Below are positions 1 to 9,417 of a stretch of DNA of 64,000 nucleotides, piece by piece. The notes beneath the pieces were generated by a model. The model saw nothing but the letters and a program-made list of their open reading frames with translations, did not search any database and was not told where the DNA came from. Source of the stretch: a virus (lineage: Duplodnaviria > Caudoviricetes); IMG/VR virus record IMGVR_UViG_3300028591_000076, positions 1 through 64,000 of that record; one strand, 5' to 3'. The position numbers and the translations under genes are program-made. The first letter of the stretch is position 1. Each line of letters opens with the position of its first letter.

Positions 1-79
1 AAAATAATAAATTTTATAATGGACTTTTATAAAAATAAAAAGAACTTATTTTTATTAGAAGAAAATCCCGAAGGTTATT

Positions 80-436
80 TTGATGACTAACATTGATACA
101 CGTGACGTATTTTATAACATTTATAATGATAAAATCTTTCCACATTTAACTTTTAATCCAGACGCTTATACATTAAATGTAACTCCGCTCGCTATGCAAA
201 GTTTATTTGATATAGCTTTTGCAGCCGGTATTAATTATTATAAACCCTATGAATTTTCATATGAAGCTAGAGATGTTATAGCATCAGGTTTGATTAAAAA
301 ACAATTTATAAAACAATTTGCTACAAATGCTTATTATATACAAGATATACCCGAAATTGAGCTATTTGATATTCTAGAAAAGGGCTTTATTGAAGGGCTA
401 AATACTGGTCTACAAAGTGACTATTTTAGCGACTAA
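80..436 (+). CDS. hypothetical protein (C-terminal YF-motif group)
   Basis: 118-aa ORF, TTG/ATG start after GAAGGT; ends LQSDYFSD. Confidence 0.7.
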   Translation: MMTNIDTRDVFYNIYNDKIFPHLTFNPDAYTLNVTPLAMQSLFDIAFAAGINYYKPYEFSYEARDVIASGLIKKQFIKQFATNAYYIQDIPEIELFDILEKGFIEGLNTGLQSDYFSD

Positions 437-520
437 TATAACAAAACTTATCTAAGCTGCTCTTATTCTGCTTTAAGAATTATGTAAAAATAGGCCATAG
501 TTAATATAATTATTATAGTT

Positions 521-1345
521 ATGGATAATATTAGTATTTCAACGCCAGATAATAAAGAAAATTATTATTTTACGGTATATTGCATATTTTTATCTAAAGA
601 AAGCTACGGATTTAAAAATGACCATTATTATATAGGACAGCATTATACAAATAATATAAATGATAATTATATGGGAAGTGGTGTTATATTAAGAAAATTA
701 TATAGTAAATATGGAAAAACCCACGCTAAAAAAACCATACTTAGCATATCAAAAACATTAGCAGAATGTAATGAGTCTGAAAAATATTTTATTAAAGAAT
801 ACCGCAAAAAGTACGGAAGATGTGTCTTAAATATTCAAGATGGAGGTCGAAATAATGCATCTTTTAATATTCCCGAAGGAGCTCATTTAAAAAATATTGA
901 AGGCCTAAAAGCGTATTGGTCAAATCCTGATAATAAAGATAGAATTCTTTTAAGAAATAAACGAATAGCTGAAAGTATGAAGGGAAATAAAAATGGTACG
1001 GGGACCGTACATCATCATTCAGATGAAATTCGTAAGAAAATATGGGAACATGTAAAAGCTACGAATCGGTCAAGAATACCTAAGCTCAGTGAAATTGGTA
1101 AAAAAACACTTTTTGTTTATAAAGATAATGGCCAATTGCAAGAATATAAATCCGTAAAATATTCTTGGAAATTATTGGGTTTTACTTCAGAATCTGTTTG
1201 TCAACGCTTTATTCGTTACTGTACAAAACTATTAGAAACTAATAATCTTAATACTTTTAATTTTAAGTATGGTAAATTATTTATTGCTTACCGTAAATTC
1301 GATGTTAATATAGTACAAAATATATTTAATAATACCATGTTTTAA
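521..1345 (+). CDS. GIY-YIG homing endonuclease with NUMOD3-like DNA-binding repeats
   Basis: TVY...YYIGQH, YMGSG, conserved E..FI and LNIQDGG; HHSDEIRKKI NUMOD3-like motif. Confidence 0.9.
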   Translation: MDNISISTPDNKENYYFTVYCIFLSKESYGFKNDHYYIGQHYTNNINDNYMGSGVILRKLYSKYGKTHAKKTILSISKTLAECNESEKYFIKEYRKKYGRCVLNIQDGGRNNASFNIPEGAHLKNIEGLKAYWSNPDNKDRILLRNKRIAESMKGNKNGTGTVHHHSDEIRKKIWEHVKATNRSRIPKLSEIGKKTLFVYKDNGQLQEYKSVKYSWKLLGFTSESVCQRFIRYCTKLLETNNLNTFNFKYGKLFIAYRKFDVNIVQNIFNNTMF

Positions 1346-1368
1346 TATAATATGGGAGGAGGTGCGCT

Positions 1369-2666
1369 GTGGGATGTAAGATTACACGAGACTGGAGTCT
1401 CGACCAAGGTAAAGCAGAATACTTAATGTTAACTGCCGACTTTGGTTCCTTACAATGATTCTTATGCGTTTAACTACCCAGGATACTTTTATGAACCCAT
1501 CAACTTTGGGTCACTGTGATCCTGGTTTATATGATATTTATAGGGCCGACACTGAATGTGCTGATGCCCATTCTAATACTGGCCGAATTGTCTTTGTTGA
1601 TTCTATTGGTGGCCAATTGTATGTATATACAATGGATGATGGCTCTAAGATTAAGCTATATCAAGATACTAAAATTCCTTACTTGAATAACAAGCTATCA
1701 CAAGACGTTCAGACTGGTGATATTCTGGAAGGGAAAAAAGTAGTTAGTATAGAACATCGTTCAATGACTACAAAAGAGTTTAAGTCTTTTACGAAAGATG
1801 GTTATATTGAAAAATACCAGGATAAACGTTTTGCTGGATGGCGACGTGCTTCTAAGACTGTAAACTTTGCTACACTCTTTGGCGCGACTGCGCCTACCAT
1901 GGCTAAGCAGCTTGAGAATGCTGGTTATAAAGAAGCAGAAGCGGAAGAATATATTGAGCTTACAAATAATACTGTAAGGTATAATGAGAAGCTTATTCAG
2001 ATGCGCGGTAAAATGACACCTCAGAAAGTTAAGTTTTTAGTAGCTGCAGAATTGATGCTCGAAGCTTATTATAATGGTTTCCCGGGTGTTAAAGAGAGAG
2101 CTCTGAGAGAGAAGCTTTTTGCTTGGAAAATGGGTTATTCTAGAATGTGGCATGGTCCTGTAAAGCATCTTCCAGAGCTTAAGTATATGGCAAGAAATGC
2201 TAAAGGTGAGCTAGTTGGAGCAGATAAGAAAATGTGGTCTTCAATGTTTAGTAACTTAAACAATGAAGCTGGAAATGCGCCAATTCAGTGTATGGAAGCG
2301 AATATTGCTATTAAGACTATTATAAATGTTTGTAAGTATGCTAAAGAGTGGAACTTAAAGTCTTATCTGTGGAACATGGTCCACGATTCGGAGGACTGGT
2401 GCGTTTGGAAACCAGAGCTTAATTTGGTTTGCGCATTATTAAATGCGTGTTCAACTTGGAAAAGAAACCCACATTTTGGTATTGATATGTGTATGGATTT
2501 TTCAATTTGTGATCCTTCTAAGGGATTTCAGAATAATATGTACCACGGTGGCCTAGAAAATCCATTTAAGATTGATAAAATAGAAGATGCCGTTGAAAAA
2601 TGGAATAAAGCACATGAAAATATTCCAGATTTTAAGCCTATTTCTTGGCATGGATGTGTTTGTTAG
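1369..2666 (+). CDS. polA: family A DNA polymerase, C-terminal (palm/fingers) part of a split gene; frame break at 1456-1463 in motif A
   Basis: GGAGGAGG + GTG(1369) opens 29 codons ending YLMLTADFGSLQ-TGA; ORF 1455..2666 continues MRL, DAHSNTG, motif B RRASKTVNFATLFG, NAPIQ, motif C VHDS. Confidence 0.85.
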
Positions 2667-2701
2667 TGGTTAAAATATTATAATAATTTTATTTTTATTA
2701 T

Positions 2702-2730
2702 AAAAATGCCCTTTTTAGAGGGCATTTTTT
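2702..2730. terminator. intrinsic terminator (bidirectional)
   Basis: AAAAATGCCCT..AGGGCATTTTT inverted repeat between convergent genes. Confidence 0.8.
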
Positions 2731-2795
2731 ATTATATACATCTTTTTAATAAAAATTTATAGTGAGCCATATTCCACAAAGATAATTTAAAAATT

Positions 2796-2819
2796 AAAAA
2801 GCCCCTAATTTAGGGCTTT
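2796..2819 (-). terminator. intrinsic terminator
   Basis: AAAGCCC..GGGCTTT hairpin with T tract on the minus strand, just after the LRR gene. Confidence 0.65.
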
Positions 2820-2825
2820 AATTAT

Positions 2826-3599
2826 TTATCCCACATAACTATAATTTACTACTGCTGGACAATATAAATTCCAATCGCCACCTTTAGTAATATTATTCCA
2901 TTGGCTCTCTGTTCCCCTATAATTTATACTTGATAACTTACTACAGCTAGCAAAAGCTTTATTACCAATAGTAGTAACGCTAGCTGGTATAATTATACTT
3001 ATTAAATTACTACAGCCATAGAAAGCAAAAACGCCAATAGAAGTAACTGAGTCTGGTATTTTTATACTTGTTAAATTTCTACAGCCATCGAAAGTGCCTT
3101 CTTCAATAGAAGTAACAGAGGCTGGTATATTTATACTCGTTAGTCCACTACAGTATCGGAAAGCCATCTCACCAATAGAAGTAACTGCATTTGGTATACT
3201 TATACTTGTTAAACCATTACAATACATAAAAGCGAGTCTGCCAATAAAAGTAACGGATTCTGGTATAGTTATACTTGTTAAACTCCTACATTCGTAGAAA
3301 GCTTTATCACTAATAGAAGTAACACCTTCTGGTATTTTTAGATTTTTTATTCTTTTATCCAATTTTGAACTTAAATTACCCGAATTAAGTAACTCTACTG
3401 GTATTTCATATACTAAATCAGTTATTTCTGACTTATCAGTTTTAACTACAATGTTACTAAAATTGGTACATTCGGCTGGAATAGGAATGCCACTGGATAA
3501 TGCTATATTTTTATCATAATTTTCGAAAATACCTCTATTGTCAAAGCTAACACTTATATTATCATCAGCCGTTTTTAATTTCTTAAAGGATATTTTCAT
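2826..3599 (-). CDS. BspA-type leucine-rich repeat (LRR_5) protein
   Basis: about six repeats of LTSIxIPxSVTSIGxxAFxxC. Confidence 0.95.
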   Translation of the reverse strand: MKISFKKLKTADDNISVSFDNRGIFENYDKNIALSSGIPIPAECTNFSNIVVKTDKSEITDLVYEIPVELLNSGNLSSKLDKRIKNLKIPEGVTSISDKAFYECRSLTSITIPESVTFIGRLAFMYCNGLTSISIPNAVTSIGEMAFRYCSGLTSINIPASVTSIEEGTFDGCRNLTSIKIPDSVTSIGVFAFYGCSNLISIIIPASVTTIGNKAFASCSKLSSINYRGTESQWNNITKGGDWNLYCPAVVNYSYVG

Positions 3600-3619
3600 A
3601 TAGAAATTAGTAACCTAAA

Positions 3620-3925
3620 TTAAGCATCTTTTGGCTTAAACTTACTTAAGTCTACATCTATATCATACATTTTTAATGGAAGTGTCTTTTTTTGTGGAAT
3701 ATGATTTATTTCTGCGAGCTTATTATAAAAGTCTAAGTCTTCTTTTTGCTCATAATTTTTAGCCGCTTCTAAAAAGCAAGATACATTAGAAAGGTTACTT
3801 ATAGAAAGTAATATAGCTTCCCAAACGTCTCTAGCTTCATTAGTAACTTCGCTCTCATATTGTGACATATCTTTTATAAATTTTGTTATTTTCGTATTTA
3901 TTTCGTCAATTTTTGTTGCTTTCAT
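3620..3925 (-). CDS. hypothetical protein
   Basis: 101-aa ORF preceded by ACTAAAT motif. Confidence 0.7.
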   Translation of the reverse strand: MKATKIDEINTKITKFIKDMSQYESEVTNEARDVWEAILLSISNLSNVSCFLEAAKNYEQKEDLDFYNKLAEINHIPQKKTLPLKMYDIDVDLSKFKPKDA

Positions 3926-3978
3926 ATTATAATAATTTAGTTTTTTATTGGTGCCTATTAAAATTCTTATTAAAAATA

Positions 3979-4407
3979 TTATAATGTCCTAAAATAGTTA
4001 TCTATTGTATTATAGTCATATAATACTTTGCTATTCATAAATATATCGTATATGTCCTTTTCTACTTGCTTTTTCGGAATAGTGCCTGTTTCACAAGAAG
4101 AGACTAATGATAAATTATTATCATAGAAGCTAAAGCATATACATAAAGCACTATAGCGTGCAGCTGCTAAATCTTTAAGGACTAATCTAATATTTTTTTC
4201 TGTTATTATGGACATGTCTTTTCTAATACTAATACCTATTGGTGAAAGACTTCCATATAGAGTTGTGCCAGACTTATTTTTAAAGTATATTTTTAATATA
4301 TTACTTTTACCGATAAGAAGAGGTATAGGACTCATTAGGCCATTCGTAAAATATATTTTATAGCCTTTATTATAAATATTTTCGCAAACTAAATTAAAGT
4401 CAAACAT
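3979..4407 (-). CDS. hypothetical protein (C-terminal YF-motif group)
   Basis: 142 aa, ends TIDNYFRTL. Confidence 0.7.
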   Translation of the reverse strand: MFDFNLVCENIYNKGYKIYFTNGLMSPIPLLIGKSNILKIYFKNKSGTTLYGSLSPIGISIRKDMSIITEKNIRLVLKDLAAARYSALCICFSFYDNNLSLVSSCETGTIPKKQVEKDIYDIFMNSKVLYDYNTIDNYFRTL

Positions 4408-4408
4408 A

Positions 4409-4957
4409 TTAAAAATATCCTTTATTTTTCATTAAAAAAATAGCCACTATGAAAAGTATAATATATAAAATTATTTTAATATTATATTTTTTTCTTCTTC
4501 TTTTTGGCTTTTTTAGTAATTTAGAGGATAAATAAAATCTCTTTAGCCATTGCCATAAATTTGTTGGCCCTATAAGCTGCGAAATTCGTTTTCTTAATAA
4601 AAAAACAGTTTTATCAATCTTTTTATTTTTTACTATAAATGCTTCTCTAGACTGAACTCTGCCTTCATTAGACTCTCCGTCCCATTTAACTAAATCTTTA
4701 CAATATTGTTTTATATATTTATGAATATCGTGGTCGCTCTTGTAAACTGTTGAGTCTAATAAAATATTATTGCAAGCATGTATATATAAAAGATTTTCTG
4801 ACCCAGTTATGGGGTCTTTTTTCTTTAAGAATTTATAATGTAATGTGCCTTTTGATTTATAAGCTGAATCTCTACCACCTAAAGTAGACTCTTCACCAAT
4901 TATGAGTATATCTTTATTTTCTTCTAAGTTACCCTTTCTTATATAAAGCTGTTTCAT
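4409..4957 (-). CDS. hypothetical membrane-anchored protein
   Basis: likely start MKQLY coupled to the upstream stop; basic patch then C-terminal hydrophobic helix. Confidence 0.65.
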   Translation of the reverse strand: MKQLYIRKGNLEENKDILIIGEESTLGGRDSAYKSKGTLHYKFLKKKDPITGSENLLYIHACNNILLDSTVYKSDHDIHKYIKQYCKDLVKWDGESNEGRVQSREAFIVKNKKIDKTVFLLRKRISQLIGPTNLWQWLKRFYLSSKLLKKPKRRRKKYNIKIILYIILFIVAIFLMKNKGYF

Positions 4958-5139
4958 TAAATAACAGTATACTCCAATACGTCTTTTTCTTCCCAATAAA
5001 AAGAAAGATTATCCGAATATATTGTGAAAAATCGCATATTTTCCTTATCCAGATACCCTCTTAAAACTTGATGAGCTAACCTAGCTTCGCCACAAGGCTT
5101 AAAGTATACATCAATCCAATTATCTTTTTTTGTTAACAT
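4957..5139 (-). CDS. hypothetical protein
   Basis: 60 aa, GGGAG RBS. Confidence 0.6.
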   Translation of the reverse strand: MLTKKDNWIDVYFKPCGEARLAHQVLRGYLDKENMRFFTIYSDNLSFYWEEKDVLEYTVI

Positions 5140-5156
5140 ATTTTTTCTCCCTTAAT

Positions 5157-5498
5157 CTATTCTGAATAATCATTAAAATATTTTTTGCCAGTATCATTAT
5201 AAACTAAATAGGTTATATGTGCGTCTGATATAATACGCCATTTTGGCGGCCACTTTTTAGAAATGCCAACTTCAGTTCTTACTTCATAGTCCATATTTAG
5301 TTTTGATAAAGCTATTCTCAAATATTTTCTATATCGCTTAAGCACAGTTGAATAACTTACGCCGTCTCTTATAAGTAATCTAGGCGGGGGCATTTCCACT
5401 TTTTGGTTTTTAATTATTTCATCAGATATTTCATCTAAATTATTTATTAAAAAGTTTAAAACTTTATTAAAATCACTTTTATTAAATTTTATAGACAT
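5157..5498 (-). CDS. hypothetical protein
   Basis: 113 aa directly after TTACATATT motif. Confidence 0.7.
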   Translation of the reverse strand: MSIKFNKSDFNKVLNFLINNLDEISDEIIKNQKVEMPPPRLLIRDGVSYSTVLKRYRKYLRIALSKLNMDYEVRTEVGISKKWPPKWRIISDAHITYLVYNDTGKKYFNDYSE

Positions 5499-5520
5499 AT
5501 ATTAAAAATATGTAAATTAA

Positions 5521-5550
5521 AAAGGCCTAGCATAATTTTGCTAGACCCTT
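5521..5550 (-). terminator. intrinsic terminator after replication operon
   Basis: CTAGCA..TGCTAG hairpin with T tract on the minus strand. Confidence 0.55.
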
Positions 5551-5554
5551 AAGT

Positions 5555-6166
5555 TTATTTTTTTATAAGTTCATCAATAAACATAGAATTTTCAAAAAAG
5601 TTTTTTCCAGCTACTTCATTATCTGGAAAGTCGTTATTCCTATATTTATTAAGGAATATTACTGAACTTCCGCCTTGAAACTTATACCTATTCTGTATAT
5701 GTTCAACATTTCTATTGAAGTCTTCATTTTTAGAAGTTCTTTCACCAAGAAGTTCAAGAATAAAAATATCTTTATATACCTGAACTTTATCTATTCGCCA
5801 AAGTCTCTGTGCTGATATTTCTTTCTTAGACGTAGGCACCTTTTCTGGATCGCCACCTTTCTCAATATAAATTGCCATTTCATGTGGCGTTAAGGGCCTT
5901 TCTACAGTTATATTCTCTATAACTTCAGGATACAAACTTAAAAGACTATTTTTTATATTATGTACCCATACTTTAGGGTCTTCATCATAGTCAAATGGAA
6001 AAAACTTTTTTGTTTTTGTGCCATCATGAATGATGAAAACGCCATCTACACATTTTTCAGTTCCGGTAATATCAGTAACAAGAATTGGCGCTCTCATGAG
6101 ATAAGCATGCAACTTATCCATTGCTTGACTTATCCACTTTTTACCATTCTTAGATTCCAAAATCAT
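5555..6166 (-). CDS. hypothetical protein in replication operon
   Basis: 203-aa ORF tightly packed with neighbours. Confidence 0.75.
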   Translation of the reverse strand: MILESKNGKKWISQAMDKLHAYLMRAPILVTDITGTEKCVDGVFIIHDGTKTKKFFPFDYDEDPKVWVHNIKNSLLSLYPEVIENITVERPLTPHEMAIYIEKGGDPEKVPTSKKEISAQRLWRIDKVQVYKDIFILELLGERTSKNEDFNRNVEHIQNRYKFQGGSSVIFLNKYRNNDFPDNEVAGKNFFENSMFIDELIKK

Positions 6167-6169
6167 TGT

Positions 6170-6457
6170 TTACTGACTCTCCTCTTCTTCATCCTCAGTC
6201 GCTGCGTCAATCATAGCACAAAGTGTAAAGTAATCTTCATTTACAGCTTCGCCGTCCTTTACACGCTTTCTATAATATTTATATGCATCCTTAAGGTCTG
6301 TTACAGAAACTTCTTTTTCCTGAGAAAAAGTCTTAAGCTGTTCTGTTGTATCAGCCTTAATCATTTTAATAGTTTCTTTATGAGTATCAATTTTATCCTC
6401 ATTATCATCCAAAGCTTCAAATAAGCCCAAAATTTCTGCACCTGATACGTTCTGCAT
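6170..6457 (-). CDS. putative dsDNA-binding protein (GapR/T4 DsbA-like helical protein)
   Basis: likely start MQNVSG after GAGGAG; heptad pattern IDTHKETIKMIKAD...LKDAYKYYRKR and acidic tail. Confidence 0.45.
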   Translation of the reverse strand: MQNVSGAEILGLFEALDDNEDKIDTHKETIKMIKADTTEQLKTFSQEKEVSVTDLKDAYKYYRKRVKDGEAVNEDYFTLCAMIDAATEDEEEESQ

Positions 6458-6458
6458 T

Positions 6459-6923
6459 TTAGTTCTCCTCTTTATTTTCCTGTGGCACATTTACCACTTT
6501 TTTATTTTCTTCGGCTTCCATACGGTCGCCAGTTTCTTTTATTACATTAGCTATATGAGACATTCTCTCTTCAAAAGCTCTAACAGCTTCTAAAGGCGTC
6601 TTAAAAAATCCAACTCGTAGATTCTGAGATGGTATATTTACATTTTCTGGCACTTTATCATCTATTATAGGTAATAATTTTGCCATTCTAACATTTGGTG
6701 TAGCGATAGACTGCTTATCATACTCTTCAAACTGAAGAGTGAGTACTTTAACAGTTTCTTTACCATCTGCATCTTTTTCAAAACCAGCAGAATAAATTCT
6801 ATCACCCTTCCTTAAATTATCAATCCAATCGCCACTTTCAATTGGAATATTATTATCAGTAGTTTCCTTTCTGATAAACTCGTCTACTTCTTGGAGTTTT
6901 TTCTGTGCTTCCTTCTTTTTCAT
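6459..6923 (-). CDS. hypothetical protein
   Basis: 154-aa ORF in operon. Confidence 0.7.
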   Translation of the reverse strand: MKKKEAQKKLQEVDEFIRKETTDNNIPIESGDWIDNLRKGDRIYSAGFEKDADGKETVKVLTLQFEEYDKQSIATPNVRMAKLLPIIDDKVPENVNIPSQNLRVGFFKTPLEAVRAFEERMSHIANVIKETGDRMEAEENKKVVNVPQENKEEN

Positions 6924-6934
6924 TTATTCCTATC

Positions 6935-7945
6935 CTATTTTAAGTATTCATTTATATTTTTAGGCCAAAACTTTGGATAATCATGTTTACATTTTGAAAC
7001 ATATTCATATATTATCTCATCAGAAATTTCAGCTGTTTTTAACATGCCTAGAGCCGTTAAGTATTCACTATTCTCTCTACTAGATGTATCACCATCTAAC
7101 ACTTCAAAAACTACTTCCCACTTAGGATTAGCCTTTGCAAAATGTCTCATTTTCTTTAAGTCATTTTCTGGAGTTTTCTGAAGTTCTTGATACCTTAATT
7201 GGCGCTGATATTCTTTAATTGCGTCTTCTTTAGCTTTTTTTTCTAAAAAAGCATTATGTTCTGGTACAGAAAACTCAAATTGGGACTCCAATAAACATGC
7301 ATCCTTATTATAATAATAGCAAATTTGTTTTGTTCCATTCTCTCTATTACCATTTGGCTGTCGTGTTAGTCTAGATATAGATGCACAAGCTTTATCTAAA
7401 GAGTCCACTTTATCTTGAAAAATAAACTGAGCTACTAAATCCCAATAATACTTATAATCCTTCTTTATATCTTCTCTATACTTTTCTGGTATTTTAACTA
7501 AAATGTGAATAGATTTACTACCTGAAAAAGTTACAGATGTTATACAATTCTTTGCTGGACCACTTAAAATCTTATCTATATTTTGTAATTGCTCTTCAAG
7601 TGATAACGTATCAGACTCATATACAAAAAAATAAGGTACCATATTAGAATCAATTCGTCTAAGCAGCCCGTTTTTAAAGTTCTCCGAATTTACATTTCCA
7701 TCCAAATATTCCATCATTGCTTTTTCTGTAAAAGCAGCTGCACAAATAAACTCATCAGTATTCTTTTTAGTAAAATGAGGTATCATATCATATTTATTTT
7801 TATATGACGGAATTGGATTATCGCCTAAAATATTACAGTCTACACCACTAAGTTTTAAGTTTTTATATCCCTTAATTCTTCTAACTGTAACTTGAGGCTT
7901 AGTTTGTCTTGTTGGAACTTTTACATTTCTAGTAACCATAAGCAT
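6935..7945 (-). CDS. archaeo-eukaryotic primase (PrimPol-like)
   Basis: VYESD (motif I), FSGSKSIH (motif II), D...ISRLTRQPNG; adjacent to helicase. Confidence 0.75.
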   Translation of the reverse strand: MLMVTRNVKVPTRQTKPQVTVRRIKGYKNLKLSGVDCNILGDNPIPSYKNKYDMIPHFTKKNTDEFICAAAFTEKAMMEYLDGNVNSENFKNGLLRRIDSNMVPYFFVYESDTLSLEEQLQNIDKILSGPAKNCITSVTFSGSKSIHILVKIPEKYREDIKKDYKYYWDLVAQFIFQDKVDSLDKACASISRLTRQPNGNRENGTKQICYYYNKDACLLESQFEFSVPEHNAFLEKKAKEDAIKEYQRQLRYQELQKTPENDLKKMRHFAKANPKWEVVFEVLDGDTSSRENSEYLTALGMLKTAEISDEIIYEYVSKCKHDYPKFWPKNINEYLK

Positions 7946-7950
7946 ATATT

Positions 7951-9384
7951 TTAATCTTCATCTACTAAACTATTCTCTGAATCAACTTTTGGTGTTACAG
8001 TAAAGCATTGTCCATTAAATAGCTCGTAATATCTTTTACATTCGCCATTACTTTGTTTTAAAAGCTGAACTTCAATAGTATCTTCTTCAGCCTGCGCAAT
8101 TTCATCTTCTGGAAAATACTGGTCAATATAAAACTTTTTTCTAAAAAGAGATATTGCATATCTACAACGTTCAAGTAAAGCACCAGAGTTTTTAATCTGA
8201 TGTCTTGATGGTCTAAACTTATCTATATCTTCAATATCAGTAACAGTTGCGGACTCTCCAGTTCTATTAAGCTGTGCGGTACCAATATAGTGAATTTTAA
8301 GCTCTTTTGAAAGCGCATTCATTTTATTAATCGCCATTTCAATAGTTGTTGCTAAGCTTGCTCCACTTGAGCTTCCAATACAGAAGTCCTTTACCATTGT
8401 GATAAGGTCAATAATTACTACACAATATTGCTGACCAATATCGTTCTGGAACTTTTTAATTTCCTTCTTTAATTCGGCAATGGAAATATCTGGATTTTCT
8501 GAAAATCTAAAGTTCTTATTAAGCTCAATTTTGCGACGTTCTTCTGCAATTCTTTGATAAATTGTATAGAATGTTTCTGAATCTGGCGGATTTACAATAT
8601 CCTGATATGGAATTTTAAGTCTAGCAGATAATAATCGGTCCATTGTAGATACAGCTCCCATTTCAAGAGAGAAATACATACAAGGAATACCAGAATCAAT
8701 AAATTTATTTACAAGATTAAGCACAAAAGTCGATTTACCCATACCAGACTGAGCTGCAATAATACCACCAGTTTCTGGAATAGGCCCATCTACAACTATT
8801 TGGTCAAGAACGGGTTCATTAAAATAATATTGTTTACCGTCCTTACGCTTCTTATATTCTTTTATATAATCTTCCATCCATTCAGCTGTAGTCATCGCCT
8901 TTTTAAAATTATTATCTTGGTCTACCAAGATATTATCTTCAATTTCATAAAGGTCATTTTTAAGGCTATCACGAATTTCTGGAGTTAAAACTACATTTGA
9001 TGTTAAAACACTACGAACTGAATCCAAAGAGTCCAAAGCTTTTTCTGTTCTCTTCGCAGTTTTAAGAGTTTTAACCATATCTTTAATAACAGTAATCTTA
9101 TCTTGGCTATAGTTAACTACATAATCTATCTCATTATGTGTTATGTCCATCTTAAACTTGCCAGTTTCAGTATATAAGGCCTCTTTTGAAAGAGGTACGC
9201 CTTCTTTAACTAAAGAAGCTATAGACCTACTAATAGCTTTTAATGTAGAGTCAAGATATAAATCTTCTGAATAATCAACATTATCCAGTAATTCTGGATT
9301 ATTATAGACTGCATTTACTAGTCTAGTTTGTGTTTCTAAAATTACATCAACAACTTTTGATTCATTTATTTCGTTTGAACTCAT
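7951..9384 (-). CDS. dnaB: DnaB-like replicative helicase
   Basis: AQSGMGKS Walker A, FSLEM, VIID, AQLNR, IKNSGALLE. Confidence 0.92.
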   Translation of the reverse strand: MSSNEINESKVVDVILETQTRLVNAVYNNPELLDNVDYSEDLYLDSTLKAISRSIASLVKEGVPLSKEALYTETGKFKMDITHNEIDYVVNYSQDKITVIKDMVKTLKTAKRTEKALDSLDSVRSVLTSNVVLTPEIRDSLKNDLYEIEDNILVDQDNNFKKAMTTAEWMEDYIKEYKKRKDGKQYYFNEPVLDQIVVDGPIPETGGIIAAQSGMGKSTFVLNLVNKFIDSGIPCMYFSLEMGAVSTMDRLLSARLKIPYQDIVNPPDSETFYTIYQRIAEERRKIELNKNFRFSENPDISIAELKKEIKKFQNDIGQQYCVVIIDLITMVKDFCIGSSSGASLATTIEMAINKMNALSKELKIHYIGTAQLNRTGESATVTDIEDIDKFRPSRHQIKNSGALLERCRYAISLFRKKFYIDQYFPEDEIAQAEEDTIEVQLLKQSNGECKRYYELFNGQCFTVTPKVDSENSLVDED

Positions 9385-9417
9385 TTATATATTCTCTTCA
9401 TTTAAAAATTAACGGGC

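Noticed and set aside
420-1420. Group I intron enclosing the GIY-YIG gene
   Set aside because: Only a weak P7-like pairing (GACTA ~431 / TAGTT ~498) without the required G-C pair; the upstream ORF is not PolA-like and the downstream part has its own RBS. Not supportable without a covariance-model search.
2920-3340. Roughly 69-bp periodic repeats (ATACTTGTTAAA / CAATAGAAGTAAC) as a CRISPR array or DGR template
   Set aside because: The period equals the 23-aa LRR unit and the repeats are degenerate and coding; no cas or reverse transcriptase gene in the window.
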